A DNA stretch of 63,998 bases, filler included, from Octopus bimaculoides (GCF_001194135.2; 7 parts of 7 records of this genome joined end to end with filler, not necessarily neighbours in it); one strand, 5' to 3'. Counted from the whole stretch's first letter, positions 48,665 to 63,258 are shown. Numbers and translations are program-made. Notes: a model not told the origin generated them from the sequence alone.

Positions 48665-49619
48665 ACAACCACACTTGAAACGTACTAGCTATAACTCTTT
48701 ATCTTGATTTGAATGTACGTGAAGGCATTTTAAATGCCCAAACTTATTTTTGCAAATGTGTTAGTTTAATCAATAAGCATAGGAACAAGGTAAATGCAGT
48801 AAAAATAAGCGGCCTGTCAGAAATGATCCTCCTTACGATACTCCAGTAAAAATAAGCGGCCTGTTAAAAATTGAAGCTACTTACAATACTCCCTGTGAAT
48901 TCATGGTATGAAATTCATTGTCATTGCTTCAATTTGGTCACCAATGTCATGTATTTAATCTAAAATACTGTAAAAATAGTGGGGTCAGTGGGGCCCCAAT
49001 TAGGCAGCCCTTAAAAATATAGATCCCCCTAGGATAATCCCTGGGATTAGGGGAGTTGCTAGTTTGAGTTTCGTTGTCCTTGCACCAATGGTCTAGGAAG
49101 AGTTAACGAACATAAAAACGTAACGGACAGAGAAACATCACTCAAATTTATATTAAGATAAGTTTCAACCAATTGATCTGATTGGAGCTTTTCCTTTATC
49201 ATTTGAGTTTAGATTTTAAACACCCCAAGGGGAGTTTTTGTTTACTATTTGCATGGATAATCTCAGTTGGTCAAAGATTTTCGACTCATTATGTCACGTA
49301 TATAAGACCTTACTATATCTGTTGATTCTATTCATTGCAATTTTTATCTCTGTTATGCACCACCTTCAAGACACCACCACTGGCAGTAGCAGCAGAAGCA
49401 GCAGCAACAACAAAAACAAAGACAGAAAAAACAAAACCATTAACAGAAGAGCAGAAAGTAAAATAAATTGGTTTCAGTGTGCTCCAAGCAGAGCTAAAAC
49501 ATTTATGTTTGTATTTAAAATGGTTAAAAACCATTATAAGAGAATTTCTAGCCATGAGACAACCCTAAATATCTTTAAATAATGACTTACCTACCATTTT
49601 TATTTCCTTCAAGTGTGTG

Positions 49620-49660
<41 letters not shown>

Positions 49661-50624
49661 NNNNNNNNNNNNNNNNNNNNNNNNNNNNNNNNNNNNNNNN
49701 NNNNNNNNNNNNNNNNNNNNNNNNNNNNNNNNNNNNNNNNNNNNNNNNNNNNNNNNNNNNNNNNNNNNNNNNNNNNNNNNNNNNNNNNNNNNNNNNNNNN
49801 NNNNNNNNNNNNNNNNNNNNNNNNNNNNNNNNNNNNNNNNNNNNNNNNNNNNNNNNNNNNNNNNNNNNNNNNNNNNNNNNNNNNNNNNNNNNNNNNNNNN
49901 NNNNNNNNNNNNNNNNNNNNNNNNNNNNNNNNNNNNNNNNNNNNNNNNNNNNNNNNNNNNNNNNNNNNNNNNNNNNNNNNNNNNNNNNNNNNNNNNNNNN
50001 NNNNNNNNNNNNNNNNNNNNNNNNNNNNNNNNNNNNNNNNNNNNNNNNNNNNNNNNNNNNNNNNNNNNNNNNNNNNNNNNNNNNNNNNNNNNNNNNNNNN
50101 NNNNNNNNNNNNNNNNNNNNNNNNNNNNNNNNNNNNNNNNNNNNNNNNNNNNNNNNNNNNNNNNNNNNNNNNNNNNNNNNNNNNNNNNNNNNNNNNNNNN
50201 NNNNNNNNNNNNNNNNNNNNNNNNNNNNNNNNNNNNNNNNNNNNNNNNNNNNNNNNNNNNNNNNNNNNNNNNNNNNNNNNNNNNNNNNNNNNNNNNNNNN
50301 NNNNNNNNNNNNNNNNNNNNNNNNNNNNNNNNNNNNNNNNNNNNNNNNNNNNNNNNNNNNNNNNNNNNNNNNNNNNNNNNNNNNNNNNNNNNNNNNNNNN
50401 NNNNNNNNNNNNNNNNNNNNNNNNNNNNNNNNNNNNNNNNNNNNNNNNNNNNNNNNNNNNNNNNNNNNNNNNNNNNNNNNNNNNNNNNNNNNNNNNNNNN
50501 NNNNNNNNNNNNNNNNNNNNNNNNNNNNNNNNNNNNNNNNNNNNNNNNNNNNNNNNNNNNNNNNNNNNNNNNNNNNNNNNNNNNNNNNNNNNNNNNNNNN
50601 NNNNNNNNNNNNNNNNNNNNNNNN

Positions 50625-50686
<62 letters not shown>

Positions 50687-50978
50687 TTGCAGTGCATATC
50701 TGTGTTTTAAAGTACAATACAGACTATGAAAATAAGAAAGATATCTTATACATAAGTAATAACACATAAGTTGCTAGTTTTGGAAATAAGAATTGTATTC
50801 TTCTGTATCTACGTGACTGCCTTCATTGTACACGTTTGCATGGTGTATTGATGTTTGCACTGTGTATGCATGTGCGTCTGCTTGTGTATGTATGTGTGTG
50901 TGTGAGTGTGTGTGTGTGTGTGTACACTATCCTGTCTTCTAAAAGTGTTTTGCTTTTGTTCCAGAATACTTTGTGTTG

Positions 50979-51009
<31 letters not shown>

Positions 51010-51081
51010 CCAATATATTACATATTGACATGAATGTGTGTGTGTGTGTGAGTGCTTATTTATATGTGTGTGCATCAGTGT

Positions 51082-51124
<43 letters not shown>

Positions 51125-51747
51125 CATATATATACATACATATATATATAATTATGTATATGTATATATATAAGTATGTATATCTATATATATATATCAC
51201 ACACACACACACACACACACACACATAAATATACTCGTACATGCATAAATGCAGATATACAGATGTACATACAGATAAATCATTTATTATATTATAAGTA
51301 GCAGAATGTTACAGCATTGCATACTTTTCTGAAAATCTTGAGGCTTTATGCCTTTATAAGAAACAGCTTTCATCTAATGCTATTTTGGTGATGATGATGA
51401 TGATGATGATGACAATGACGATGACGACGATGATGATGGTAATGATGGTGGCAGTGGCATGCTTAAATATCAGCCAGCCACCCATTCGTCCCCTTTCCTT
51501 CCAATAGAATATTCTATTGCAGGTTTGACTCTTTGGCTCTTTTCTGATGAATTTGATTTGTTTACTATTCTTCAAAACTGTAATCTTTGAACTATATACT
51601 TTGTTTCAGTGTGTGTGTGTGTGTGTGTGTGTGGTGTATATATGAGTAGTATATATATATCTATGTGCATGCATGATGTATGTGTGACAGAAAGGACAGC
51701 TTTGGTAAATAGAATCATTTAAAGTGACTACTTTTAATGCTACATGC

Positions 51748-51798
<51 letters not shown>

Positions 51799-52189
51799 NN
51801 NNNNNNNNNNNNNNNNNNNNNNNNNNNNNNNNNNNNNNNNNNTTAATTAATTAANNNNNNNNNNNNNNNNNNNNNNNNNNNNNNNNNNNNNNNNNNNNCT
51901 TATTCATAGACATCAGTTGGCCCAAAACAGACCACATATTTACTGGTCTGGCAAGCGGTTTGATTCAATGACTTGAAGCATCCAATTGGCACGAAGGGGT
52001 ATGGTCATGTGACCACATGCAGAAACAAGGTAAAATACGCTAATTGACAGCTAAGTCTAGACAACCATAGAGTAAACATAGCATTCGCTACACCTTCATA
52101 TGAGACATAGAAGAAACAAGTAACTTTCCTCTCTACAGCCACCAGCCACGGAGCACCAAGTATTGCGTATAGGAAGCCAAAAATAAAAA

Positions 52190-53619
52190 TACCCTCCATC
52201 TGGCTTACAAGAGATGGTGCATTACAAACATCTACACACGACGAGTTACAGGGTACCTTGCGTTCCGGAGGGATCTTAACATCATTAACAATCTTTTGCA
52301 CTCTCATACAAACAGAATGGTTTAAGGCTTTCACTTTCCACAGGGTATGTTTTGTCTGAGATACTAGAAGGTGCAGCTTTTGAGCGCACAACTCCTACTT
52401 ATATTCTGAGATAACCTTCCGATATAAGAATGGGCGCTACTCCTTCTTATAATTTAAGATAAACTCGCAAAACTCAAACAGTCTTGGTTTTTTTGTCTTT
52501 TTTTCTGTTGTGGTATTCAGCATATCAGCAACAATGAAGTACAGCCATAGCTGCAATAAATATATGGAGAGCAACAGCCGCTGTTCTCTGCACACTAACA
52601 TGTGATCAGGTTCTTTGTTGAAGTGCTGCGTAATCAATTATTGTCATAATCTTTCTTGCTTTGTGATACTCAGTATAATACACATTGACAGCAATGAAAG
52701 ATCTCCATGTTCGTACCCTCTTGGGTAATAATCGTATAAATACGAACATGAATACAAAAGGCCGAAATGGGTTTCTTCCGAATAGTCTTTGGAGATAAGT
52801 TACTCTATTGAGGACATCAGAGAGGTGTTCCAGGTAGAGCTTCTACTTCTCCGAATTGGGAGATCACAGCTCTAATACTACGGAGATGTGGTAAGAATAC
52901 CTCAGGAAAGAATCCAGGGACAGGTTTTACGGACAAAATATTAAAAAAAAACAGGAGGAATCTCCGGGGTAGACCTTGAACAAACTGTTTTGATAACATC
53001 TATGCGCTCGGTTGGTCACGTTTGAGGATCCAGCAGGTTCAATTGGAGACGATTGCTTCTGATGGGACCTGTTGGAAGACGGGCTCAAGGACTATTCCCC
53101 CGTAACCCTTCCAGGAATGAAACGGGTAAAAAAGATGAGTCGAGATTTACATGCACAAATAATCTACACATAAACACATATACCTGTGTATATTGTTTTC
53201 GGTGGAGAGGGAAACTCGATGACATCGACTCCTGTGTTCAAGTGGTACATATTTCATTGCCCATAAAAGATGAAAGACAGAACTGACCTCGGTAGCGTTT
53301 GAACTCAGAAGGTGAAGTCGAAAGAAAGGCACTTCGCCCGGCATGCTAACCACTCTGCCAGCTCGCTGCATCTAGTTCTGTATATATTGATTTCAAATTT
53401 TGACAGAAGGACAGTAATTTCGGGGCAGGGGATAAGTCAATTATATAGATCCCAGTGCGCAATTGATACTTATTTTATCGACCTGGGAAGAATGAGAGGC
53501 AAATTTGAACTCAGAACACGAAGGCAGACGAAATGCCGCTAAGAATTTTGCCCAGAGTGCTAACGATTCTGCCAGCTCACCGCCTTTATATCTGTATATG
53601 TTGATAGGCAGGTAGGTAT

Positions 53620-53670
<51 letters not shown>

Positions 53671-55750
53671 CACACACATCCGTTGTAGAGTATTTGATAA
53701 TGTAGATAATTGATAGAGGGAATAGTGTCTTCTGGGCCTCAGGAGACATGAGAGTCTTTGAAATGTGGTACTAGCTATGTTAAGGATGTGCTTTTACCAA
53801 TCTCTTAGAAAATACATCCTACTGTCTTATGTATGTGCATGTGTATGTATAAAGTAATGATGGAGACTTGTAAACGGTGGGCATATACATTAACCATACG
53901 TAAATGAATTATTTCCAAGTCGACTTCACACTCATACATGCTTTCATAAATACATACATGCTTGTATATACGAGTGTGTTCGTGTGTACATTGATTGTGC
54001 GCGCGCGTGTGTGTGTGTAGAAGATACAGCAAACTGATTCAATACGAATACTTCTGTTCACAAAAATACATTGGTTCCCAGTGCAGTTTGTACGTGATAA
54101 TGAGCGCGGGATAAACACAAAGCATGGCGTCAAACTAAAAATGAAATCATACACCTCATCTAGGTTACAAGAGATGGTGCACGACAAACATATTTTGAAA
54201 TAACCTTGCGATATAAGAAGGAGCACGCAACTCCTTCTTATAATTTAAGATAACCTCGGAAGGCTATCTTATGTGCTGGATCAAAGAGTCTGAGGCTTTC
54301 CTTTTCTTTTTCTATTGTGGTATTCAGCAGGTCAGCAACAATGAAGTACCGCAACAGCCGTAACAAATATATGAAGAGCAGTAGTCGCAGTTCTCAGCAC
54401 ACCATCATGTGACCTCATCGTGCGTAATCAATTATTGTCACGATCATTCTTGGTTATAAATAAGTGAATACCTCCTATAATCAAAGACGGCGAAGTCTTG
54501 TGGTGCTCGGTGTAACAAATATTAACGGCAATGTAAGATCTCAATATTTGTAGCATCAAGTATATGGAAGAAGTAGAATAAGCGGGAGCAGTTTTGATCC
54601 TCATGGGTAATAACAGAAAGAATACGATCGCAAATACAATCGGCCGAAATGGGGTTCTTCCGAATAGTTTTTAATGTTACGTTACTCTGTTGAGTGCGTA
54701 GCCTGGACATCAGAGAGATGTTCCAGGTAGACCCTCTACTTCTCCGAATCGGGAGATCACAGCTCCGATTCTGAGGAAATGNNNNNNNNNNNNNNNNNNN
54801 NNNNNNNNNNNNNNNNNNNNNNNNNNNNNNNNNNNNNNNNNNNNNNNNNNNNNNNNNNNNNNNNNNNNNNNNNNNNNNNNNNNNNNNNNNNNNNNNNNNN
54901 NNNNNNNNNNNNNNNNNNNNNNNNNNNNNNNNNNNNNNNNNNNNNNNNNNNNNNNNNNNNNNNNNNNNNNNNNNNNNNNNNNNNNNNNNNNAGGAAAGAA
55001 TCGATAGACAAGTCTTACGGGCAAAATATGAAAAGGTGAGGAATCCCAAGAGTAGACCATGAGGAGGTTGCTTGGATAACATCCATGGGCACGGTTGGTC
55101 TCTTTGGGAGTTCCAGCAGGTTCTACTGGACACGGTAGCTTCTGACGGAATCCGATGAAAGATGGGCTCAAGGATTCTACCCCATAACACTTCCAGCGGG
55201 TGAAAAAGATGAGTCGAGATTTACACACACAAAAACACAAACACCTGTATATATTGGTTTCAAATTTTGGCACAGGACCCACAATTTCGGTGGAAGGGGA
55301 TTCTCGATTTCATCGACTCCAGTGTTCAACCGGGGCTTATGTTATTGACCCTGAAAAGATGAAAGATAAAGTCGATCCCGGCAGTGTTTGAACTCAGATG
55401 GTAAAGACGAACGAAATGCCGTCAGTCATTTCACCCAGCATGCTAACCCTCTTGCCAGCATGCTAACCATCTTGCCAGCATGCTAACCATCTTGCCAGCT
55501 CGCTGTCTCTAAGTCTGTATATATTGATTTCAAATTTTGACAGATGGCCAATAATTGCCGGGAAGAGGGCAAGTCCATTACGTCGACCCCAATGCTCAAT
55601 TGGTACTTATTTTATCGACCCGGAAAGGATAAAAAGCAATGTAGACCTCAGCGGAATTTGAACTCACAATGAAGACGGACGAAATGCCGCTAAGCATTTT
55701 GCCCGCCGTTTGAACGATTCTGCTAACTCACCGCCTATATATCTGCATAT
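52190..55750 (-). pseudogene. two diverged tandem copies of a block with L1/Tx1 ORF1-like (zinc-knuckle type) relic plus SINE B copies
   Basis: About 52190-53600 aligns with about 54150-55750; shared peptides EPVFQQVPSEAIVS/EPIFHRIPSEATVS, AVIS(Q/R)FGEVE(A/G)LPGT, KTIRK(K/N)PISA; stops and frameshifts; ORF1 identity is inferred. Confidence 0.55.
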
Positions 55751-57004
55751 GTTGATAGACAGATAGGTACACACACAGACACACAGACACACATCCACAC
55801 AAACACATGCATACACACATTTATGTAATGCATGTATCATATATATGAATATTAGTTTGTGTACATGTGTGTATGTGTGTGCGTGCTATTCTGTGCGTGC
55901 GCGTCTAGCATCTATGTGTGAAATTCATTCNNNNNNNNNNNNNNNNNNNNNNNNNNNNNNNNNNNNNNNNNNNNNNNNNNNNNNNNNNNNNNNNNNNNNN
56001 NNNNNNNNNNNNNNNNNNNNNNNNNNNNNNNNNNNNNNNNNNNNNNNNNNNNNNNNNNNNNNNNNNNNNNNNNNNNNNNNNNNNNNNNNNNNNNNNNNNN
56101 NNNNNNNNNNNNNNNNNNNNNNNNNNNNNNNNNNNNNNNNNNNNNNNNNNNNNNNNNNNNNNNNNNNNNNNNNNNNNNNNNNNNNNNNNNNNNNNNNNNN
56201 NNNNNNNNNNNNNNNNNNNNNNNNNNNNNNNNNNNNNNNNNNNNNNNNNNNNNNNNNNNNNNNNNNNNNNNNNNNNNNNNNNNNNNNNNNNNNNNNNNNN
56301 NNNNNNNNNNNNNNNNNNNNNNNNNNNNNNNNNNNNNNNNNNNNNNNNNNNNNNNNNNNNNNNNNNNNNNNNNNNNNNNNNNNNNNNNNNNNNNNNNNNN
56401 NNNNNNNNNNNNNNNNNNNNNNNNNNNNNNNNNNNNNNNNNNNNNNNNNNNNNNNNNNNNNNNNNNNNNNNNNNNNNNNNNNNNNNNNNNNNNNNNNNNN
56501 NNNNNNNNNNNNNNNNNNNNNNNNNNNNNNNNNNNNNNNNNNNNNNNNNNNNNNNNNNNNNNNNNNNNNNNNNNNNNNNNNNNNNNNNNNNNNNNNNNNN
56601 NNNNNNNNNNNNNNNNNNNNNNNNNNNNNNNNNNNNNNNNNNNNNNNNNNNNNNNNNNNNNNNNNNNNNNNNNNNNNNNNNNNNNNNNNNNNNNNNNNNN
56701 NNNNNNNNNNNNNNNNNNNNNNNNNNNNNNNNNNNNNNNNNNNNNNNNNNNNNNNNNNNNNNNNNNNNNNNNNNNNNNNNNNNNNNNNNNNNNNNNNNNN
56801 NNNNNNNNNNNNNNNNNNNNNNNNNNNNNNNNNNNNNNNNNNNNNNNNNNNNNNNNNNNNNNNNNNNNNNNNNNNNNNNNNNNNNNNNNNNNNNNNNNNN
56901 NNNNCATTTAACCAGAGTTAGCAAAGTTCTTTCTTTTCTTTTCTTTCCAACCAGTTAATATCACAATTAACGAGAGTTAACGAAGTTCTTTTTCTTTTAA
57001 AACA

Positions 57005-57524
57005 TGTAACAACAAAGTACATTTTTCTTTAAAGAAATGCAAACAAACCTTCACCGCAAGAATTTCCTTTCCTTTAAATATCCCACTACAATCACAAGAA
57101 CTGACAACGTAGTCTACTACAATCTTTTGCCTGCCACAACAGTTCCATCTCTCTGTCCCTCTCTTTTTCAGACTCTATCCATTTCTGCTGACTGGTGCCT
57201 TCTGACCATAGCCTCTTTCTGTCAGACTCTCTGTTCATCTTGGTTCTCTTCACTCACTTCTGGCCGTCACACACTTGTTCTTCACTGGCTACTGGCCTTT
57301 ACATCAACTGCGATCCATCTTCACTCGCTGACCGCTTCCACCAACTGCGTTCTTCCAAATCTATCCTACCGTATTTATGACAGACACCGTACCCAACAGT
57401 GCTACCTTACCCGCTCCAAAGCTGGGTCAGTTTAGTACAGTTCCTTACTTGTTTTTCTAAACTTTCGATGACCGGAAAGGGTCAGCGATCACTCCTACGA
57501 TAAAAATAACTGTGCTTGTTCACA
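57005..57524 (-). mobile_element. possible solo LTR
   Basis: TGTAAC...TTCACA ends, internal ATAAATA on the minus strand, no clean TSD. Confidence 0.3.
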
Positions 57525-58164
57525 GGACAAAGGAATACCATTATCCTCAACAACCAGAATACGGTTTCAAACCCAGCTCGGGGAATAGGGACATAACGTT
57601 ATTTTGTATTTTTTATCGGCGTCCGTATCAATATATTCAAAATTTCAAGTTCCATTTTGTGGATATATATACGTTATACGTCAGTATATGTGTGTGTAAT
57701 TTCGCGAAATTTTCTCCTTGTTTTTTTCATATTAAATTCCGATATAATCGTAATCGATACTTTCTGAGAAGTATTTGTAGAAAATTTTATTAAAATTATA
57801 CACATTTTTCATGAAGTTATCAGGAAACAAAGTCGGGGACACAATTGTGTGGGTCTGCCGTTTTATGCACCTTTGAGTTCTTAAACACCCTCTGTAACAT
57901 GCTGGCTGGTACCATAACATAGTTACAAGGTGTCCGGTATTGTTCCTCCAACCGTATGAACTCTTAGCCAGGCAATTTCAGGACAGGAAACCTGGAGGTT
58001 CCAACCAGAAACGATACTTCACTTTCGATATATTCACACAGAATATTATTTCATTGTAAACAATCGTGTAACTGTTAGGAGATATGATAGTGAGTATGTA
58101 TAAATAAAAATCGTACATGAAATATTCCTTTCTACTACTAAAAGAGAAAGGCTTGAAATTTGTT

Positions 58165-58325
58165 GGAGTGAGTAGTCGATCATATTCACCCCAAAGTTAG
58201 ACTAGTACTTATATCATCAACAACAAAAGGATCAAGGGAACCGTCGATCGCAGTGGAATTTGAACTCAGATTGCAAACGTGGACGAAATGCCGCCGGCGT
58301 GCTAACGAATCTGCCGCTCACTGTC
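58165..58325 (-). mobile_element. SINE family B, diverged
   Basis: GGAATTTGAACTCAG...GACGAAATGCCGCCGGCGTGCTAACG. Confidence 0.7.
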
Positions 58326-60790
58326 TAATAAACACGGATAATGGTTACTCAAAATAGATGTAGAGATTAGGGTTATAAACTCGGTAAGTGTTTAAATAAA
58401 ACACAAGTTTGCTACTATTGAAATGTCCGATATTTTCTTGATTTATCGATTATCATGAAGGCAAAATTCTGTTTGCCTGCGGCCCGTCTATCTCGGTCTA
58501 CATTTGTTCTACATAGAGAAATTATAACTTTTTGGAATCAGAATGATCTCGGGATTGAAAATCTGCCCTTCATTTGGTTCTTGGACATCCAGTATTGAGA
58601 TCTAATTCAAAAGCATTTGTGTTGTAACTTCTACCAGGTAAAGCTTAGTTTATTCACGCCATTTTGTTTGGCGTTTCTCAGATGACGTCAGACATGAAGG
58701 GGAAATAAATGACATTCGCTTTGTTAATTTTACTTCTCGATCCGAACATTGAGACAAATTGGCCAACAGTTGGAATTCAACCTGGAACTAGAACAATAGA
58801 ATGACTGCATTAGAGAATTAATTGTCATCCATCCATTAACGTCTAATCAAACACAAGCGTGGCGTATAATCATTATAGACACATTATAGTTATGCCATTT
58901 AGCTGTCTTTAGTTTTGTGCCACGGGCCCGATTAGCCCTTCCAAGGAACCAGTCCAAAAGTCGGCATGGAGTGCGGCTTTTAATCTAGTCTCTAAAAAAG
59001 TAAATTAGTTGTTTCATTAATTGTCCGTTAATTTTCATATATTCACTATAGCTGCAAACGCAATTTGACAATACGGCTTTGGTTACAAGTGTAAAATGTG
59101 GGACTAAGAATGCTGTTTATGTGCAACATCTCTCTGTCTCTCTCTTCCTTTCTCTCCCTCACACACACATACACATACACACGCATACACACATACACAT
59201 GCACATACACACGCATACACACATACACAAACACATACACACACACAAACACGCACACAAACACACGCAAAGTTGCTTGTGGGCTTTCTTGACGGTACTT
59301 TTGTCCATAAACTTCAGTTCATCTACATTGGCTGATGTTTCTTCCTTTCTTCCACTCGTATCAACCCTTAAACACTGAGGTAGGTACCTTTGGTATTTAA
59401 ACTATTCAAAATGAGGGACATGAAACCACTTTCTGTCCCAGTAAGATAAGAACTTATCCCTTTGATTGTAAATTCAACCGATGTCTTTTCTTTAATACCC
59501 TTTCTAAGGTAGTAGATACTAAAACTTTTTTCGCTATTATCTTCACATGTATTTTGTGTTAATTCATTTATGTAGTGAGCGAGATTTGACTGCTATTTCT
59601 AGCAGATCTAGTTGCCAATCTATGGACCTCCAGTTGGACAAATTATGTAATCAAGAGGAATCCACACGAGATACTGAAGAGAAAATGCTGAGTGTAGTCA
59701 ATTGTATGATATCTCAGAGATTGGGTACAACAAGCGTCATAAGAAAAGAGAAACGACTGGAGCTAATGTTTGAGTGAAGATGGCGTGAATCCAGTCAGTT
59801 CCAGGGTGCAGAGAGAAAACTTAGCTCGCTTATGGTGAAAGACAATCAGGCGTGTGGCTTTTTTATTAAGCACGGTCTAGTGTGCCTGTCTGTGCGGCAA
59901 CAGTTCCGTTCCAAATGTGATGAGAATAGTACTCCATTGAAGACCTACGACGAGATTTGTATTGCAGGGGTATCCAACCATGGTGTCGCGCATCATGTGA
60001 TACAAGGTCGTACAGAAAGAATAAACTTTTAAATATTTCTACTCTATTGATATGGGCGTGGCTTTGTAGTAAATAGATTGCTTGGGCAAGTGTTTTCTGC
60101 TGTAGCATCGGGCTAAATAATGCATTCTGAGTGGATTTGGTTGATGGGAGGAAATCCGCCTTTTATATATGTATATNNNNNNNNNNNNNNNNNNNNNNNN
60201 NNNNNNNNNNNNNNNNNNNNNNNNNNNNNNNNNNNNNNNNNNNNNNNNNNNNNNNNNNNNNNNNNNNNNNNNNNNNNNNNNNNNNNNNNNNNNNNNNNNN
60301 NNNNNNNNNNNNNNNNNNNNNNNNNNNNNNNNNNNNNNNNNNNNNNNNNNNNNNNNNNNNNNNNNNNNNNNNNNNNNNNNNNNNNNNNNNNNNNNNNNNN
60401 NNNNNNNNNNNNNNNNNNNNNNNNNNNNNNNNNNNNNNNNNNNNNNNNNNNNNNNNNNNNNNNNNNNNNNNNNNNNNNNNNNNNNNNNNNNNNNNNNNNN
60501 NNNNNNNNNNNNNNNNNNNNNNNNNNNNNNNNNNNNNNNNNNNNNNNNNNNNNNNNNNNNNNNNNNNNNNNNNNNNNNNNNNNNNNNNNNNNNNNNNNNN
60601 NNNNNNNNNNNNNNNNNNNNNNNNNNNNNNNNNNNNNNNNNNNNNNNNNNNNNNNNNNNNNNNNNNNNNNNNNNNNNNNNNNNNNNNNNNNNNNNNNNNN
60701 NNNNNNNNNNNNNNNNNNNNNNTATAAAAGAAGATGGCGGTCTGCAGAGTGTTTTTTACAGATGTAAATAACCTGTTATAAATGTAATAA

Positions 60791-61175
60791 TTACCTCCGC
60801 CAAGGAAGAAGGTTATGTTTTCATCGGCGTTGGTTTGTCCGTCTGTCTGTCTGTGTGCAGAATAACTCAAAAAGTTGTAAACGGTATTTGATGAAACTTT
60901 CAGGAAAAGTTGGTAACAACAGAAGGAACAGATGATGAAATTTTGGTAGTGATCCGGGAATTTTATGGAGTCTTGAAGGATTTTTCATTTCTTATATTTA
61001 CTTTACATGAAGTATTACAATCTTACGTTCTTTGATTATCTCCCTTGAAATCGCGTCCATCGTTTCCACGTAACCTATGGTGGCGATGCTGATTCTAAAG
61101 CTTATTTTCGTTTCTATATTAGTAATTTTACTCGCGTATCCATCTTAAAATGAGCTGCTTGGCGGAGGTCTGCGG
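60791..61175 (+). mobile_element. Helentron-associated non-autonomous element (HINE/DINE-1-like)
   Basis: TT-ACCTCCGCCAAG subTIR, (GTCT)n near the 5' end, partner CTTGGCGGAGG at about 61158. Confidence 0.7.
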
Positions 61176-61268
61176 AGGATGACATGTCATCCCTTGACTA
61201 TTGGGATGATTCTTGTTTTAAAGGGTTTTTTTTTAATGAAATCATACGGCTGTGTTATTATTTTTTTT

Positions 61269-61398
61269 TTACCCTCGCCAAGGAGGTTATGTTTTTGCCG
61301 GCGTTGTTTGGGAAATTGGGCGATTTTCAGCCTGCGTGTATATGGGTGGAAATGAGCTGCTTGGTGGAGGTCTGCGCTCTCCGAGTGCTTTTCTAGTT
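61269..61398 (+). mobile_element. short Helentron-associated element of the same family
   Basis: CTCGCCAAGGAGG / CTTGGTGGAGG subTIRs, 3' hairpin GCGCT-CTCCG-AGTGC, end CTAGTT, inserted in a T run. Confidence 0.75.
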
Positions 61399-61838
61399 AA
61401 ATTATGTCATGCACTTGACTGCGTTCTCTTACGCGTGTGATCCACAGTGTCTGGAAAAAATAATTTGCTTGAAATCAGTCTGTGGTGCAAAAATATTTTG
61501 GAATCTGTCGTTGTAGAGTAACGATAANNNNNNNNNNNNNNNNNNNNNNNNNNNNNNNNNNNNNNNNNNNNTTAATTAATTAANNNNNNNNNNNNNNNNN
61601 NNNNNNNNNNNNNNNNNNNNNNNNNNNTCCTTCTCTCTTTCTTTTCTTTATTTTAATCAGAAGAGAGAGAAAAAAATATAATAAAAAAATAATAATAATA
61701 ATAATAAAAAATTTAATTATGCAGGTGGCTGTATTAAAGTAAATTCAGCCTCATCGGTTTCAATTCCCTGTAAAGACTAAATGATTTAATTATTTTGACT
61801 TTTTATTCATATACACTTTTAAGAAGGTAGACGAAAAT

Positions 61839-63049
61839 TTATGGATGCAAAAAAAGAATCACATCAGTAAATTTATTCAAGGTGTTTGGTCCAAAACATT
61901 TAAGGATGGTAAGGGATTCCCTTATACACAACTTACATTTGCTAATATTTCCTTTGAAGTTAGTGGTTCTAGAAATGATGGACCATTCTAGAAAATAATT
62001 CTTGTTATTCCTCTTCAAATCATGTATATGGGATGCAAGTGTGGTTGAGTAACAGTACTTATCCTTAGAAAACGAACTCATATGGGATCTATATCTAGCT
62101 TTAAAATCTACTGTACTACCTATATAGAACTTATTTAATTTATCCTCGTCCTTAACTACACATTTATATATGACGTTAGTAACCAGACAGGAACCATCCA
62201 AGGGACATAATTTGGGGTTTCTACAATTACATTTCTTCCCAGGGCCTTTCCTAGTTTTATTTTTACTTTTACTTTTTGCATCATCAGTTCTCACCAGGTT
62301 TCCTTCTATCATTCCATCAGATCTTCCCTTATTACTCAGGTTCGATAAACCTGGTGAAAGCAAACTACTTGTACCACTGGCATTGGGCATTACACAATTA
62401 TTATTCACAGGTCCTGGGTTACCCTCAGAGGAACGTTGCCAACTCCCCCGTCCAGCAAGTTTACTTCTATTAATAGATGCAATAATCGAGGCAAAATTAG
62501 GCATTACAGAGTAAGAGAACTTGATAGTTGACTTGTTACAAATACTATAGTATTTGTGATTCCTTGGGAAGTTCTCCTTCAAAATTCTAAAAAACATTTT
62601 TGGTAAGTTCCTTACTCTAAAGGAAAAAGGGGGAGCGAACCAAATTATTTCCCTAATTCTAGACTGTGAACCTCCTGTTTTGTTTATCTCCTTGCTAACA
62701 CTATTACTTTTCCTATACCTGTACCTATTCCCAACATCCCTAAATGTGTTTCTACTCCAAGGCCTATTATCATTGCAGTCAGGTAGTACTCTGCGTTTAT
62801 TCTGAGCAGCCGTGACGTGTTTAAGTGGCAAACCAGCCATTTTATTTTTTAATCATGTATTAGGGATGATATTTTAGCTTTGAATCCACTTAACTTTAGA
62901 GTATTATTATATATCAGTGCATGTTGTTCAAAAATTTCTTGATTTGCAGATAAATGAGATATTCTTGTCGGTATCACTGTAATAATGCTATCTATTGTAG
63001 ATTTTGGGTGACTGGATGACACATTAATATATGATATCGATTTATTGGG
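61839..63049 (-). pseudogene. RT-thumb plus GIY-YIG endonuclease coding remnant of the Penelope element
   Basis: 333-aa open stretch 61839-62840, upstream thumb in another frame, probable extra T in a poly-T run before the terminal CxH motif. Confidence 0.85.
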
Positions 63050-63258
63050 ATTACGAAATTTTTTATTATTATTTTTTCATTTAAATTTTTTCCTCTCTCT
63101 TCTGATTAAAATAAAGAAAAGAGAGAAGGAAAGGGAATGAAAAAGAATTTTTTTAATATTTGGGCTGGTCTGTGCATGATATATTATAAAAAGAAACCAT
63201 GCAATGATGCATTGCCTTTTTCAAAGGAATCTCGTATTGGTATGTGGTGTTACTATTT

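Noticed and set aside
48672-48695. GAAA-CG-TA motif after a SINE
   Set aside because: No CUGANGA-like core upstream even after removing the SINE
61727-61757. Minus-strand CCGATGA followed by a GGCTG/CAGCC stem
   Set aside because: No GAAA or NUH after the stem, so not a hammerhead
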